Positions 1-10,272 of a DNA stretch of 64,000 nt are shown here, in pieces (position 1 is the first letter of the stretch; the number at the start of each line of letters is the position of its first letter). A program made the translations under genes and the position numbers. Below the pieces are notes generated by a model, which was not told the DNA's origin, made no database searches, and saw only the letters and a program-made list of their open reading frames with translations. Source of the DNA: Candidatus Bathyarchaeota archaeon (GTDB taxonomy: Archaea > Thermoproteota > Bathyarchaeia > 40CM-2-53-6 > RBG-13-38-9); contig CAWECG010000004.1 of NCBI GenBank assembly GCA_963807605.1, forward strand, positions 1-64,000, read 5' to 3'.

Positions 1-2374
1 CGGTTATCACAAATGCAATCAATGCATACGCCCAAATGAACATGGCGAGTCCCCAACCCATTGCAGGCAGTAGGATGCCGTATACGGTGATTATTGTCGC
101 AATTATCTGCGTTACAACTACTGCCGTTAACAATTGGATTGAAGGCTTGATTGACCAAAACGATTTCTTTGTACGAGCAACGAACACCGTCAAGTGACCC
201 GCCACAGAGAGTTTCAAGTAGATAAACGATTGAAGAACCGTGGGAGTAAGTAGGAACACTCGTTGGCCGATGTATAGGATCAGAAAAGATGAGACTACTC
301 CAATGAGCCCAAGAAAAGTGGCAATACCCAACGTACGCCTCATATCCCACTTTTCCGGCTCGTTAGAGTACCGTACGTTGTCATATGCAATGGTCATTAT
401 AGGAGCATCGTTCAGCAAAGCTAACAGAACTATCATCAATGCTGTGACCGGGTAGAAGCCGAATACGATAATGGATACTGTGATGAAGAATAGCACGCGA
501 ATAGTCTCTGCAATACGATAGATGGAATAGTTATCCATCCTCTGAAAGATCTTCCGGCTCTCCTTAATGGCGTCAATAATAACTGACAGGCCTGGTCTTG
601 TGAGGACGATGTCTGCGGCAGACTTCGCAGCGTCCGTTGCGCCTGCAACTGCGATTCCGCAGTCAGCCTCTTTAAGGGCTGGCGCGTCGTTCACGCCGTC
701 ACCCGTCATTCCAACGATGTGACCCTTGTGCTGTAATAGCTCGACGATGCGGTACTTGTGTTCTGGGAAGACTTGTGCGAAGCCGTCGGCGTTCTCAACA
801 CTTCGCTCCGCCTCTCTGTCTGGTTTACCGACGAAGGCTGAGGCTAAAACAATGTTATCCCCCAACTTCATCTCTGACGCGATTTCCTTCGCTATTGCCA
901 GATGGTCGCCCGTGACCATCATGACGCGCACGCCCATGAATTGAGCCGTCCTGATTGTAACAGCGGAGTCTTCTCTGGGGGGGTCGTAAAGCGGAATTAA
1001 GCCCGCAAACTGCCAGTTTCCTTTGGAATCAGTTCGAGCCACGCCTAGAGTTCGGTAGCCCTTTGTCGCAAGTGAATTGACCTTCTCGTCGACCGTAGCC
1101 TCAATCGGCTCTTTGTTGGCTACCAGTGACATGATGACTTGGGGAGCACCTTTTGAGACCTTGAATTCGTTCCCTTGCGTATCCTCTACGGTGGCTTCTG
1201 TGCGCTTTGCCACGGGGTCGAATGGATGAAATGCAGTCACTTTAAATGAGCTTAGACGTGCTGCGGCTCCTGTGGTTGTCTGCGCCTTGCTTATCACCGC
1301 ATTATCTATCGGATCCTGATCTTCCTTCCTTGATGCAAGCGAACCGAAAACGAGTACATCGTCCTCGGTGAATGCGTGGAAGGCATTGACCTCGGCTACG
1401 GAAAGCTCATTTTTGGTTATTGTGCCGGTCTTGTCGGCGCAGAGGACATCCATGCCAGCCATTTCTTCTATTGCAACCAGCTTGCTCACAATCGCTTCCT
1501 TCTTAGCTAGGGCGGTTGCCCCCACCGCCATTGTGACGGTTAGTACCGCTGGCAATGCGACCGGGATCGCGGCTACTATGAGGACGAGTGTAAATTGAAG
1601 GGTCTCCGGTATGCTCTCATGCCGGAAGAGCGCTACGAGAAAAATAACTGCGACCAGTGAGACTGCGAGAAGGATCAGGAAATCTCCAATCTTGATAACG
1701 GCCTTCTGGAAGTGACTGTGTTCTTGAGCTGCTTCGACGAGTTTAGCAGTCTTGCCAAAGTAGCTATTTGCGCCCGTGGCAGCTACTAACGCATCCATTT
1801 CTCCCTGCCGAACAATCGAACCAGCATACGTAACATCGGAAGTCATCTTCTCCACTGGCAGAGATTCTCCGGTCAGCGCGGATTCGTCTACTTGCAGATA
1901 ATCGCCCTTCACTAGCTTAGCGTCGGCTGGAACGATGTCTCCGAGACGAATTCGGATTACGTCGCCCGGTACGAGTTCTCGCGCGGACACTTCTTGCCAA
2001 TTGCCGTCGCGTAGAACCCGTGCTTTCAGGGCCAACTTTTGCTTCAACAGCTCTATCGCATTGTCCGCTTTCTTCTCCTGCCAAAACCCGACCACAGCAT
2101 TCAACAGTAGCAACGCCGTGATGACCCAGACGTCCTCCCAGTGACGAATATACGCAGAGAGGATGACTGCAACCTCAATCATCCAGGGGATCGGTCCCCA
2201 GAAATATTTCAAGAATTTGAGAAGAGGGTTAGTCTTCTTCTCGGGAATCTCATTGTACCCGTTCTCTTGAATTCGCTTTTTTGCCTCGGCGACCGAAAGT
2301 CCACCTTCGCTTGACGACAATTTGCGAAAGAGTTCGCTAACCGTAGCCTTTTTTGCATCTTCTTCATCAGTCAT
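1..2374 (-). CDS. Plasma-membrane proton-efflux P-type ATPase (type IIIA); 3' end runs off the window
   Basis: Minus-strand reading: MTDEEDAKK...KYFWGPIPWMIE, LCADKTGTIT phosphorylation motif (~1415-1445), TGES, DPPREDS, MTGDGVNDAPALK. Missing from the ORF track because no stop lies in the window. An in-frame GTG at 2419 is an alternative start. Confidence 0.95.
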   Translation of the reverse strand, partial: MTDEEDAKKATVSELFRKLSSSEGGLSVAEAKKRIQENGYNEIPEKKTNPLLKFLKYFWGPIPWMIEVAVILSAYIRHWEDVWVITALLLLNAVVGFWQEKKADNAIELLKQKLALKARVLRDGNWQEVSARELVPGDVIRIRLGDIVPADAKLVKGDYLQVDESALTGESLPVEKMTSDVTYAGSIVRQGEMDALVAATGANSYFGKTAKLVEAAQEHSHFQKAVIKIGDFLILLAVSLVAVIFLVALFRHESIPETLQFTLVLIVAAIPVALPAVLTVTMAVGATALAKKEAIVSKLVAIEEMAGMDVLCADKTGTITKNELSVAEVNAFHAFTEDDVLVFGSLASRKEDQDPIDNAVISKAQTTTGAAARLSSFKVTAFHPFDPVAKRTEATVEDTQGNEFKVSKGAPQVIMSLVANKEPIEATVDEKVNSLATKGYRTLGVARTDSKGNWQFAGLIPLYDPPREDSAVTIRTAQFMGVRVMMVTGDHLAIAKEIASEMKLGDNIVLASAFVGKPDREAERSVENADGFAQVFPEHKYRIVELLQHKGHIVGMTGDGVNDAPALKEADCGIAVAGATDAAKSAADIVLTRPGLSVIIDAIKESRKIFQRMDNYSIYRIAETIRVLFFITVSIIVFGFYPVTALMIVLLALLNDAPIMTIAYDNVRYSNEPEKWDMRRTLGIATFLGLIGVVSSFLILYIGQRVFLLTPTVLQSFIYLKLSVAGHLTVFVARTKKSFWSIKPSIQLLTAVVVTQIIATIITVYGILLPAMGWGLAMFIWAYALIAFVIT

Positions 2375-2566
2375 GGCATATGCCTCTGTCGTCGTTACAG
2401 CACTTTGAGCATCGACCACAATACTGACAGAGACCCTTCGGAGCCTCTTCACCGCAGGACGGACACAAAGGAACCAAACGCATCAATATCTATTCGTACG
2501 AGAGAGTATCTAAACCGACCTCGTTTTCTGATAAAGAATGAATCCTAATCATCATGAACGAGGGGA

Positions 2567-3136
2567 CTAGCCTCTTCTCAAAGTGCATGTCGTGCAGTGT
2601 GTTCCGCCGTAGCCACCGGTTAGGTTCCTGATGATCGATGGGTAGGCGTTGATGCCTTGCTCGTAAATATCCTTCTTATGCGGGAAGAAGCCTCCTTCAC
2701 GTTTGAGGTCTTCATAATCTTTCTTGGCTTGGTCTAGTAGTCTGCCGTATCTGACAGAGTCATTGCTCGCGCTCGATGCAAGGTTTGTAAGGACATCTTT
2801 TACGATTCGTTCAACTTCGACAGCGAGTATGCTGCCATCCCTTATGCAGAGGAAATTCGACGCATACAACATTTGTTCCAAGGTGCTGATGTTTATGATA
2901 TCGAAACCTTTCGCTTTCATCTAGTCATGCAGATTAGGTTCTTCTTTCTGTTTCTTATAGATGCCTTCAGATTCGCGTCGGTAAACCTCCATTTGACCTC
3001 TCTTCAGAAGCAGTTCCGAACCAACAACGACGCCGCTTGAGGCCAAGTTGAAGTATGTGTCGAGATGCATGTCGATCATCGGATCTCTCCTCTCGCCGGG
3101 GATAAGCGGATGATTGGGCTGATGCGCCACGCCAAC
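2567..3136 (-). pseudogene. Arginine deiminase-like (amidinotransferase fold) C-terminal remnant
   Basis: MHLDTYFN and NLTGGYGGTHC motifs. The two ORFs (2921-3130, 2567-2920) are in frame across a TAG at 2921-2923. The N-terminal part is missing. Confidence 0.75.
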
Positions 3137-3605
3137 TTAGCGCGATGATATGGGAAGTGTTTTTGCAGAGGAGGCGTTCATGCCATTCTATGAGCGCCTG
3201 CATTTATGGATTGGATCTGAGTGGCTCAATTCATGCAACAATCTTGAGGTAGCTGGTAGAAAGATAATTATTGATGAATGGATAATTATGTTATTGTCAG
3301 GCCTAGAGAAACCTCCTCGTGAAAGCGCTGTCCCTTAAGGTGGACGTTAGCGCGATTGAGGGGAGCCTGGATGCGAAGCCATAATGCACCACCCGTGAAC
3401 GAATAGGCGCATGCCAAACATACTCATCCAGGAGAGAAAGATAGAAGAGAGGTCTTCACATAGGCGCGCTGGAGTATTTGCAGTTCGGTTCTTCTTCCAC
3501 GCATATCTGGACAAATACATCGGAATGGAACCCAGAGAAAAAGCGCGCAGGGGGCCGAAAGCGGTAACGCCTGAAGATAGGCAGAAGTGAAGTGATAGGG
3601 ATCAG

Positions 3606-4448
3606 TTGTCTTTCGAAATACAGGAACTTTCGGACGTCATAAGAGTAATTGTTCTGCTGAGAATGAGAATAGGAAGGCCGGTACAGAAGACCGTCTTGAA
3701 GGACCGTATCGACAGAAGGTACGCCCGTTTTGTTCGAGTTGAGATGCGTGATCTAGACAAGGCTCTAGATGAGCTGGCTTCCGAGCGGCTCATCACCATA
3801 GACGGTGAGATGGTTCAACTAACAGAGCAGGGCACTCATCTGGCCGGGCAATGGCGAAGCCTGCTGCTAAAGCGAGAACCTATCCTCGAGGTTGTCGCAG
3901 GACTCGCTGACGGTTCCATAACAGCGCTAGTCGTCATCCTTTCATCCTTCACGGCTGGTTTAACAGTCAGCGCAACTAGCTTCACGGGTTTACTCACTAC
4001 AGCAGTCGTTGCCATAACAAACTTCTCCAGTTTTCTACTTGGCGGAATGACAGCTGACCTAGCAGACATCATGACCTTACAGACATTGATGAACTACAGT
4101 CTTAGCGACATTCCGGATAAGAAGGAGCGAGAACGTTCGCTCATCCTGGTCAAACGTTTGTTCAGTATTCTACATCGGGAGGTGACTAATTCCAATATCT
4201 CCGGAGCTGTAACCTGTAGCATCACGACATTTCTCACAGGAATTACCCCCCTCACCGTCTATCTGGTTTTACCTCCACCGCTTGGTATCATCGTGTCGCT
4301 TGGCATCGTTGGGGCTGTCGTGGGTATCTTTCTTGTACGTTATCGTTCAAAGAAAGCTAGACTAAACTGGAAGATAACGTTGCTCCAGACAGTCACAGTT
4401 ATCGTAATTGCAGTTATCGTTTCACTGCTGCTCACTAAAGTCAGATAA
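3606..4448 (+). CDS. Membrane protein: N-terminal winged-helix-like region fused to a VIT1/CCC1-like TM domain
   Basis: N-terminal DLDKALDELASERLITIDGEMVQLTEQG is wHTH-like. EVVAGLADGSIT resembles the VIT1 G..DG motif, followed by ~5 TM segments. Confidence 0.55.
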   Translation: MSFEIQELSDVIRVIVLLRMRIGRPVQKTVLKDRIDRRYARFVRVEMRDLDKALDELASERLITIDGEMVQLTEQGTHLAGQWRSLLLKREPILEVVAGLADGSITALVVILSSFTAGLTVSATSFTGLLTTAVVAITNFSSFLLGGMTADLADIMTLQTLMNYSLSDIPDKKERERSLILVKRLFSILHREVTNSNISGAVTCSITTFLTGITPLTVYLVLPPPLGIIVSLGIVGAVVGIFLVRYRSKKARLNWKITLLQTVTVIVIAVIVSLLLTKVR

Positions 4449-4504
4449 TAGAATGTGCCTCGTGTTTCTGATCGCGTTTCATTAAAGTGCTGATTTCGTT
4501 AGCA

Positions 4505-4906
4505 CGCGCTATAACTAATGCGATCATGGGGAATAAAGCGATCACATAGCTGGCCAACCCTATGCTGACCGTAGCCCCTACGACTAGACTCTCAAATATC
4601 CATAACCAACCTGTTACGAACCCAGCAAGGGGGGAGATCGTTTTGTTAAGGGTAAATATAGATGCTGCCTTCTTCTGGGAATATGGAGCTGAGTCTAGCA
4701 TAGCTGTAGGCTGTGAAGGAGACAATACCTGCAATGATTATGGATATTGTAATCGCTGGTCCGGCTAATCCGGCGGCAACCCCTGAGATAACGAATACAC
4801 CAGCGCCTATCATTGCGCCGATAGCCAACGCAGTGGCATCAAAAAGGTTTAGTGTCGTCTTCAATTTAAAATCTCTTATTCCTGATGCTATCCCATTTCT
4901 CTCCAT
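4505..4906 (-). pseudogene. APC amino-acid permease N-terminal fragment, frameshifted and truncated
   Basis: LNLFDATALAIGAMIGAGVF...YARLSSIFPEEGSIYIY continues in another frame as LAGFVTGWLW. Similarity ends near 4510. Confidence 0.8.
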
Positions 4907-4994
4907 CTGCTTTACGTTCTAAATCGATGCTAGTACGGTGGAGCGTGCGTTACTCGCATTATATCGGCGCATGAGGCCACAAAAGTTTTCGGCC

Positions 4995-5282
4995 TTAATA
5001 ATCCTCAGCCGATGTTAATCCGAGTTCAGCCAAGTGCTTGAGCAAGTTTTGATATTCATCGCTTTCTTTGTAAACTTTAGCATGAAAAGTGGAATGTGCG
5101 ATGCCCAGCTCACGCAGAGCAATTCTTTCCTTTCTTGTTAGTTTATCTGAGGCTCCTGTAATTATGATGTGCTGTTTCTCACTCTTAACATTTAATGTAC
5201 TACACCTCTTCTTTATTGCTTTCTTTATCAGCTTGACTCTATCATCTATGCCCTCTGCGATTGGTGGTTTTGCGTGTGACAT
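4995..5282 (-). CDS. Hypothetical protein
   Basis: Protein-like ORF (from MSHAKPP); no motif recognised. Confidence 0.4.
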   Translation of the reverse strand: MSHAKPPIAEGIDDRVKLIKKAIKKRCSTLNVKSEKQHIIITGASDKLTRKERIALRELGIAHSTFHAKVYKESDEYQNLLKHLAELGLTSAEDY

Positions 5283-5496
5283 GAGCCATCCTCTCGATTC
5301 ATGACTTCTGAACAAACCTCTAGCATGCGAGATATAAGAGGAATCTTACCGAATCCAAAGAATTCACTTTCTACATGGCTATTAGAGCGCGACCCCCGCG
5401 CCCCGTTGACCACCATGTCATCTGAATAGCGCACGCGTGAAAGCAAATTCAGACCGATTATCGCTCCAGAGAACCAAAAACGAGTCGTAGTATTGT

Positions 5497-5799
5497 CTAG
5501 ACTTTAGGGAATGATACCCTTCCGCTGAAGCTGTATCGGACAGGCGCTGTGTCTGACGCTTTGTATTCAAAATTCTCTAGCTTTCCAAGATCCGCTAGGA
5601 GATGTCCCTCTTTTGTTCTAGCCTCACAGTCGACAGGCACTCCTTCCTGCCTTATAGCGTCTAAGCCGTTGACTATTCTCCGGCCTGTATCTTCCAAAGC
5701 ATGTCCCTTGAACTCAAAACCTGGAAAGCCCATCCCTAGATTGGTAACGTAGTTGAGGCGTATTTCTTGTATGATTATATTGCCTATCTTGACATGCAA
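5497..5799 (-). CDS. Hypothetical protein
   Basis: 100 aa ORF with natural composition; no motif recognised. Confidence 0.45.
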   Translation of the reverse strand: MHVKIGNIIIQEIRLNYVTNLGMGFPGFEFKGHALEDTGRRIVNGLDAIRQEGVPVDCEARTKEGHLLADLGKLENFEYKASDTAPVRYSFSGRVSFPKV

Positions 5800-5855
5800 T
5801 TTTGATACTTATCATTATTGCGCATCTACGAATATAGGTGTTTGCTGCCTGACCG

Positions 5856-5875
5856 CGATAACGCGCGCGTTATCG
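5856..5875. repeat. Perfect 20-bp palindrome CGATAACGCGCGCGTTATCG; the longest member of the (CG)n tract family
   Basis: Read directly from the sequence. Confidence 0.9.
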
Positions 5876-6124
5876 ACGGTTAGTATGAATGGTGCTGCAT
5901 CCAAGTTCCTTACTGTTATGTTTACATGTTCATCTTCGTTTACAGAGACTATCTGAGGACAAAACTTATCGTATCTCTTCCCTCCAAGGTCTAGTGCGCG
6001 CGTTATTAGTGTAGGCTTCGCGTGTTCCTAAGTTATGCCGGTGCAGAAACTTTAAGCTCTATCTCGCTAAGAGGCATGATAGGCATCTTCAACGCGCGCT
6101 TCACCCTTTAAAGAGAAGTCAGCG

Positions 6125-7804
6125 ATGTTTGACTTAGCGAAAGATAATCCGATATTTTATCATGTGCTGGTTAGTGTTGTAGGTGTCGCTGCGGGCATCC
6201 TGACTTGTGCTTTCTATCTGGTATACCTGACCTTATGGTCAGAGATCACCAGAATCATAGAGTACTATAGACCCTTCGTTTTTGTTTCTGCCTTTCTAGC
6301 CTTGGGTTTGTCTTACTTACTAGTCAGACTTTTCGCAGAAACAAAGATCACAGGGAGTGGAACTCATACTGTCCTAGAGGTTTTCCACCTTAGAAATGGC
6401 GATGTGAGTTTTCGCGACGCATTGATCAAGCCCTTAGCGTCCATGTTTACCCTAGGATTCGGAGGAAGCGCTGGACCAGAGGGTCCCAGCTTGCTTCTCG
6501 GTGGGGGCGTAGCCTCGGGAATCTCAAAAAAGTTCAAAGTCAAAACAAGTTTCATGCGAAGCATATTTATCTCTGGTGCTGCTGCTGGTCTGTCCGCGAC
6601 GTTTAGAACTCCCCTGACCGGAATACTTTTCGCGTTGGAAATCCCTTATAAACGAGGATTTGAAAGGGAGACATTTATCGATGCTTCCATCGCCTCAATT
6701 GTGTCTTATCTTGTCGCAGTGACAATTCTGGGTAGTGAGAGGATTTTCAAGATTGTAGAGAATGTTCAACTATCTTTAGACAATATTCTTTTGTCTCTAC
6801 TCTTGGGGCTGCTATGCGGCGTCTATGCCCTATTTTTCGTCAAGACTTTCAATCTATTCGGAAGATTTGGATCGGAGATTAGAAAGAAAGCTGGAAGTTA
6901 CGGAATGATCGCTTTGGGTAGCATCATGTTGGGGGCAGCAGGATATTTCTCTCTTTTCAGCATTGGTGTAGGCCTGAATTTTGTCGACGCTCTCGTCTAT
7001 GGGGAAGCCATGACATTGACCTTTTTAGTCATTCTGATTCTAGTAAGGACTTTTGCAACCTGTGTAACCTTGAATTTCGGTGGTGGTGGGGGGCTCTTTT
7101 TCCCAACAATAGTTATTGGTGCAGGCATTGGTTACCTTTTCTCCACTATTTCAGGGACACCCTCGCAGGAGCTCTTTATTGCGATAGCTATAGCTGCTTT
7201 ACTGGCTGGAACGCACAAGATGCTTCTTACGCCCGTCGCTTTCATAGTTGAAACATTGGGGGGCGGTTATGCCATACCTGCCCTGCTTGCTAGCAGTGTA
7301 AGTTACTTGGTGTCGGGAAAGTCTTCGTTCTATCCCCTTCAACTTGATACAAAACTGAAGTATGAAGAGCTTGCCCTTCAAAGGTTCTACGTCGACGCGA
7401 AGAAATCGATTCCAGAACGCTTGCGTACCACTATGGCAAAGGACTTTATGACAAAGAATGTCTTAGCTCTAAACTTGGGAATGAACGTTAAAGATGCCTT
7501 AGGGAAGTTCAGTACGACACACTTCAGAGTCTTACCCGTTATAGATCAAGAATATGACGTTGTTGGATATGTGACTCTAGAAGATCTCGGACACATAAGA
7601 AAGATGCATTATGAGAAAGATATTTCAGAAATCTTGACTCATAAGCCTTTAACCGTCTATGAAGAGACTAGTCTGGAGAAAGTTGCCGATTCTATGATTG
7701 AGCGTGACGAAGACCACGTCTTCGTGACGGATAATAAGGGGAAACTCCTAGGAGTAATTGCAAGCATTGACGTGGTAAGAAAAATATTGGAGCTTTCCGC
7801 ATAA
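6125..7804 (+). CDS. CLC chloride channel/antiporter with C-terminal CBS pair
   Basis: GSGT, GSAGPEGP and GGGGGLFFP signatures; CBS domains (MAKDFMTKNV..., LLGVIASIDV). Confidence 0.92.
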   Translation: MFDLAKDNPIFYHVLVSVVGVAAGILTCAFYLVYLTLWSEITRIIEYYRPFVFVSAFLALGLSYLLVRLFAETKITGSGTHTVLEVFHLRNGDVSFRDALIKPLASMFTLGFGGSAGPEGPSLLLGGGVASGISKKFKVKTSFMRSIFISGAAAGLSATFRTPLTGILFALEIPYKRGFERETFIDASIASIVSYLVAVTILGSERIFKIVENVQLSLDNILLSLLLGLLCGVYALFFVKTFNLFGRFGSEIRKKAGSYGMIALGSIMLGAAGYFSLFSIGVGLNFVDALVYGEAMTLTFLVILILVRTFATCVTLNFGGGGGLFFPTIVIGAGIGYLFSTISGTPSQELFIAIAIAALLAGTHKMLLTPVAFIVETLGGGYAIPALLASSVSYLVSGKSSFYPLQLDTKLKYEELALQRFYVDAKKSIPERLRTTMAKDFMTKNVLALNLGMNVKDALGKFSTTHFRVLPVIDQEYDVVGYVTLEDLGHIRKMHYEKDISEILTHKPLTVYEETSLEKVADSMIERDEDHVFVTDNKGKLLGVIASIDVVRKILELSA

Positions 7805-8108
7805 GGAATCTACGCGCGCGTAATCCGTATGAAGCTCCTTCGCCACCGTAGCTACCTTAGCCGCGGCGCCAGAAGCATGCACTAGCCTAAGAAGTCGCCA
7901 TCTGACTTGTCTTGAGATTTGCTGGAAGCATTGACATGTTATCTATCTTTATTGATTAGGCCAAGTATATCCAAATCTCTCAAAGCGTTTTTCGATTTTC
8001 TGTAGCCGTGTTGTGCAGTAGATTTCCAAGACGTGGAAGCCAAAATCTAAAAGTAGATTGTGTCATTCAATTGTAACAACAAGCAATTGTCCAGCGTGAT
8101 AGCGACCT

Positions 8109-8840
8109 TTGAAATCAATGGAAGTGTACAGTGAAGAGAAAATCGAGAGTGAGCATCACGCGCGACGCACATTTCTTTCCGATTTCATCTTAGGAAGTCA
8201 AGACGGTCTTGTGAACGTTCTTGGTATCATTTTAGGAATGTCTGCGGCTACTCAGAATCTCCGGTTGATCTTCGTCGCAACTCTGGCTGCATTAGGAGCG
8301 GAATCGATATCGATGGGTGCGGTCGCGTACACGTCAACCGCCTCAAGGCGCCGTTTGTACTTGAGAGAAGTGGAACGCGAGAAGGGCGAAATGCGAGATG
8401 TTCCTGACCAAGAGCAACACGAAGTGCTAGAAATACTGAAAGGATGGAACTACAAGGGGGAAGAACTTGAGGAGCTGATGCGTCTGCTCGCCACAAACCC
8501 AAAAGCTATGTTAGAATTAATGATGTCATACGAGCTTGAGCTTGCCCCGGTTGGAGAGCATGAAGCTCGAAGAAGCTTCCTAACTGTCCTAACATCAACG
8601 TTGATGGGATCCTCTGTCCCTATCCTACCGTTCCTGTTCATTGGACACAATGTCATGGCCGGAACCTTCAGCTCCGTCATTATCAGTGGCACGGCCCTGT
8701 TCCTAATCGGATGGTTTGGAGCTAAAGCCACCATGGGATCACTCTGGAAAAACGGTCTAGAAATGGCGGCAATCGGTTTAGCCGCCGGGATCGCTGGCTT
8801 CCTAATCGGCTACTTACTCGGTGCCACTCCCGGATTATAA
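8109..8840 (+). CDS. VIT1/CCC1 family Fe/Mn transporter
   Basis: DFILGSQDGLV, AESISMGAVAY, acidic cytoplasmic loop, MMSYELEL. Confidence 0.9.
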   Translation: MKSMEVYSEEKIESEHHARRTFLSDFILGSQDGLVNVLGIILGMSAATQNLRLIFVATLAALGAESISMGAVAYTSTASRRRLYLREVEREKGEMRDVPDQEQHEVLEILKGWNYKGEELEELMRLLATNPKAMLELMMSYELELAPVGEHEARRSFLTVLTSTLMGSSVPILPFLFIGHNVMAGTFSSVIISGTALFLIGWFGAKATMGSLWKNGLEMAAIGLAAGIAGFLIGYLLGATPGL

Positions 8841-9121
8841 TCCTACGAGTGGTACAGATTTTTTAGCGCGGCTATTACGAGAAGGTGGTGCAGATGCATG
8901 GATTATCAAAGCAGTATCCTAGACGCAAGAATCCCACTCGCTGCACTCCTCTGCCCAATATATTTCCTGAGTCTGAGAAAGTGCAGGCTGAAGGTTTGAG
9001 CGCGCGCGCTCTACTGATGAGCGAATGTGCGCGCGTAAGCAAGTTCTTCTAACGTGCCAGCTTCCCTTTTTAGGTTCCTGGAAGGTCATACCGAAGTCGA
9101 TTAAGACGGTTTTGGCTTCAT

Positions 9122-10200
9122 TGCTGTGTTGCGCGACTAGGTTTCAGTGATGTTTTTCGCTTTTGTTGGCTGTCTTCAGGTTTCGTCTAGCCGTGTGTTG
9201 CTGTGGTTGTTTCTATCAGCATGTTGTATAGTGAGGCTTTGATCATCATCTCCTGTGCCATGTTTTGCATCGTTTTGGCTGAGACGTATTCTCCGAAGGT
9301 TCGCTTCAGCGATGAGAAGGCTGATTCAGCCATCCATCTATACCCGTAGCCATGATTGTGTTTCCAGGCTTCAGGGTCTTTGAGGTATTCTTGGGCTACG
9401 AGCTTTCTGGGCATGCATCCTCCGGCCCTGCTGGATGTGTTCTTGCGCACCTTGATGGCTGGCTCAATCCCTTTTGCGTTGAGATAGCGGAAGTTGCTTT
9501 TCATATCGTATGCTCCGTCACCAATTGCCTTGGCGACCTTACCTTTCTTGGAGGCTTCATCAACAAGCGGCTGGAGCATCCCTCCGTCACCTGTCTTCTC
9601 ATCCGTCACCTTCAAGGCGAGTATCTTCTTCCGCTTTACATCAACGGCGATATGGATCTTGAGGTATCCGCGTCTCACCTTCCATTTATGGCGTATCCAT
9701 TCGCCGCGGTTAGCCACCTTGATGCCTGATGCGTCCACCGCCAGGACTATGTCGTCGCCATAATCTTTCTCATCCAGCTTCACATCTAACCTGTTCACGC
9801 GTCTATCTATGGTTGAATAGTCAGGCACATGGATCCTTGAGTCGAATCTTCTCAGGGCTTTGAGGAATCCTTCTGTCTGCCTGTAGGGTAGGTGGAATAG
9901 CAGGTGCATGTAGCCTAGAAGCCTGATGAAGATCTCAGGGTAGACGTATTGTCCACCTTCCTTCCCAGTATTCATCTTTTCAAGCTCAATGTTCCACCTG
10001 TCAAGGATGCGTGGGTCAAGCAGGATCTCCCCACGCTTCACGAGACCCTCATTGATGCGTCTCCAATCTCTAGCAGCCAATCACAATCGTGGAATAGTTC
10101 TCTCACAGGCAATATAGATCATCCAACCACTTCCACGTCAATAAACCGAAAACTCAAACCTACATCCATAAACAAAAATGTCTAGTCATGCAACACAGCA
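9122..10200 (-). mobile_element. Complete IS5-family element with 19-bp imperfect TIRs and 8-bp target duplication
   Basis: Left TIR TGCTGTGTTGCGCGACTAG (9122-9140); right CTAGTCATGCAACACAGCA (10182-10200); GGCTTCAT duplicated at 9114-9121 and 10201-10208. Confidence 0.93.
9187..10080 (-). CDS. IS5-family DDE transposase
   Basis: W...NEGLVKRGE, PDYSTI, AVDASG, KIHIAVD, GDGAYD, Y..RWMAESAFS. Confidence 0.95.
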   Translation of the reverse strand: MAARDWRRINEGLVKRGEILLDPRILDRWNIELEKMNTGKEGGQYVYPEIFIRLLGYMHLLFHLPYRQTEGFLKALRRFDSRIHVPDYSTIDRRVNRLDVKLDEKDYGDDIVLAVDASGIKVANRGEWIRHKWKVRRGYLKIHIAVDVKRKKILALKVTDEKTGDGGMLQPLVDEASKKGKVAKAIGDGAYDMKSNFRYLNAKGIEPAIKVRKNTSSRAGGCMPRKLVAQEYLKDPEAWKHNHGYGYRWMAESAFSSLKRTFGEYVSAKTMQNMAQEMMIKASLYNMLIETTTATHG

Positions 10201-10272
10201 GGCTTCATCAGGGGCAGCAGGTCTGAAAACAGTCTTAACTTCAGGTTTCGATGCGTGCGCACACACAGGGGG

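Noticed and set aside
240-2144. Short plus-strand ORFs, and similar antisense ORFs throughout the track
   Set aside because: They are shadows of real genes on the opposite strand.
2921-2923. In-frame TAG as pyrrolysine or readthrough in the arginine deiminase
   Set aside because: The gene is also 5'-truncated, TAG is one change from a Tyr codon, and no pyl genes are seen.
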